In this document: positions 62,795 through 64,000 of the stretch, one piece after another
Position numbering within the stretch: the first letter of the stretch is position 1
Layout of the letters: each line of letters opens with the position of its first letter
Origin: Bacteroidota bacterium
GTDB lineage: Bacteria > Bacteroidota > Bacteroidia > Bacteroidales > JAGONC01
Direction of reading: 5' to 3'
Length of the DNA stretch: 64,000 bases
NCBI GenBank assembly: GCA_022711405.1
Contig: JAKLFC010000011.1
Coordinates: 8,255 to 72,254, forward strand
Made by a program: the position numbers and the translations under genes
Notes under the pieces: generated by a model
The model's database searches: none
What the model saw: the letters and a program-made list of their open reading frames with translations, nothing else
What the model was told of the DNA's origin: nothing

Positions 62795-63700
62795 TTATTT
62801 GATCCGGCTCTTTTCTGTTTCGATCTGGTCAATACGATCCTTCTGCTCAGAGATCTGCATTTCAATGCTTTCCACCTCATCCTCCAACTGTCCGATGGAG
62901 CGTTCGGCTTCCTTGATGTCGTTCTTGTATTCCACGATGTTTTTCTGTTCTTTTTCCCGCTGGTTCTCCATCTTCTTCTTCTCCCGTTCCAGGGTGCCCA
63001 GCTCCTTGTCGGCCACCTTATAGCCTTCCGGATCGTATGATTTGAGCGAGGCAACCACCGCTTTCTTGTTCTTTATTTCCGTGTTTTTGAATTCCAGATC
63101 ACTATCCAGAATATCGATCGACTCCTCCGACCGGCGTATGCTTTCTTCGCTCTCCTTGATGGATTTCTGGTTCTTCTCAATGGCATCCACCTGTTCTTTG
63201 CGCTCCGATTCAAGGGTTTTTAACTGAGTGTTCTCATCATTCAACTTCTGCTCGTATACTTTGATATACTGACCCACGGCAAAGTCCCTCACGCCTGATT
63301 TCAGGGCGACGGCAAGCTCATTCTGCCTGGGATTTTGTGATGAAGTGCTCAGGAAGACGCTATCGAGCTCAAAACAGGCAATGATCCGGATATTGGAATC
63401 CAGGTCATAGACCGAACTATAGACATTGACGGAGTCCAGGGTGATCTTCTTGAAAACGGCGCCCTGGATGTTTAGTTCGTTGGAGACCGCCTGCACCTTG
63501 AGCTTTGTGCCGGTCTCAAGGTATTTGATCCATTCTTTACGGATGGTTTCATATTTCCCGCCGGGTATATCGACGATAAAGGCAGGCTGTTCTCCTCTGG
63601 AGATCGCTTTGATTTCTTCTTTTACCTCAAGGGTAACCTGTGCGTGAATTACCTGCATGCTCAGCAGAATACTGGCGAAAAGGGTGATGGTTTTTTTCAT
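62795..63700 (-). CDS. Secreted hypothetical protein with long C-terminal coiled coil
   Basis: 301 aa. Signal peptide ITLFASILLSMQVIHAQ. The C-terminal half is E/K-rich with heptad-like periodicity. Confidence 0.55.
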   Translation of the reverse strand: MKKTITLFASILLSMQVIHAQVTLEVKEEIKAISRGEQPAFIVDIPGGKYETIRKEWIKYLETGTKLKVQAVSNELNIQGAVFKKITLDSVNVYSSVYDLDSNIRIIACFELDSVFLSTSSQNPRQNELAVALKSGVRDFAVGQYIKVYEQKLNDENTQLKTLESERKEQVDAIEKNQKSIKESEESIRRSEESIDILDSDLEFKNTEIKNKKAVVASLKSYDPEGYKVADKELGTLEREKKKMENQREKEQKNIVEYKNDIKEAERSIGQLEDEVESIEMQISEQKDRIDQIETEKSRIK

Positions 63701-63756
63701 GATGGATGGTTTAAAATTTTTATGGCCGCGATTTCATCAAATTTAATACCAGACTG

Positions 63757-64000
63757 TTAATTGGTTGATCCTGAAAGTCGGATAAGCATTACCCCGTGGT
63801 GGTTGACCGGGAACTTCATTTCTCTGTCAAAAGTTCCCAGGTCTTTCTGTCGCCACAGATCCCTTGCTTTTTTAGGTCCGGTGATTCCAAGTTCTTCCCA
63901 TGTTACCGATACCGTTTCGGTGTGCTGGCCGCCCGTCCAGTCGAACATCCCCGCGGGGGATGGGTCGCCGGTGTTGAACAGTCCCACGGCCAGGGACCCA
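63757..64000 (-). CDS. C-terminal end of a GH27-like alpha-galactosidase (N-terminus beyond window end)
   Basis: The frame stays open to the window end: ..SLAVGLFNTGDPS...VSVTWEELGITGPKKARDLWRQKDLGTFDREMKFPVNHHGVMLIRL. This resembles the C-terminal beta-sandwich of GH27 enzymes. Confidence 0.45.
   Translation of the reverse strand, partial: GSLAVGLFNTGDPSPAGMFDWTGGQHTETVSVTWEELGITGPKKARDLWRQKDLGTFDREMKFPVNHHGVMLIRLSGSTN

Overview
By-eye reading of a 64-kb chromosomal window. No database searches were run, and start codons are provisional. It looks like an anaerobic Bacteroidota genome: three T9SS C-terminal sorting domains, gldF/gldG, a TonB-dependent receptor, frequent TAnnTTTG -7 boxes and few Shine-Dalgarno sites. 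I support 44 protein-coding genes. I found no rRNA, tRNA, CRISPR array, transposase or integrase. Blocks from left to right: (1) 665-12642 is a tightly packed minus-strand operon. It encodes NuoE-like and NuoF-like flavoprotein subunits, a 1234-aa mosaic [2Fe-2S]-GltD-ferredoxin-degenerate-molybdopterin subunit, a receiver/PEP-binding ATP-grasp protein and an exported HExxH protein. (2) 13284-19427 holds TAT-exported Gfo/Idh/MocA oxidoreductases, a xylose-isomerase-like TIM protein and DUF1080, a probable periplasmic 3-keto-glycoside pathway. (3) 19523-27111 holds an NfnAB-like NADPH oxidoreductase. Its B subunit carries a Cys-rich N-terminal module that is duplicated in the adjacent ~289-aa protein, and the set is preceded by a second, larger receiver/ATP-grasp paralogue. 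(4) Housekeeping genes follow: gdhA, gldF-gldG plus DUF4340, phoH, purC, cinA, rpmB, rocD, panB, dnaK. (5) 50810-60984 holds three tandem T9SS cargo genes built from lamin-tail (LTD), PKD and carbohydrate-binding-like modules. The most interesting signals are: the twice-repeated association of pseudo-receiver/receiver/PPDK_N-type ATP-grasp proteins with GltD-type redox genes; the portable Cys-rich module; the nuclease-less ExeM/NucH-like LTD proteins; a 7-bp repeat exactly at the gldF-gldG fusion joint; and a rich set of short periodic (7-, 8-, 10-bp) and hairpin repeat families in the intergenic regions.
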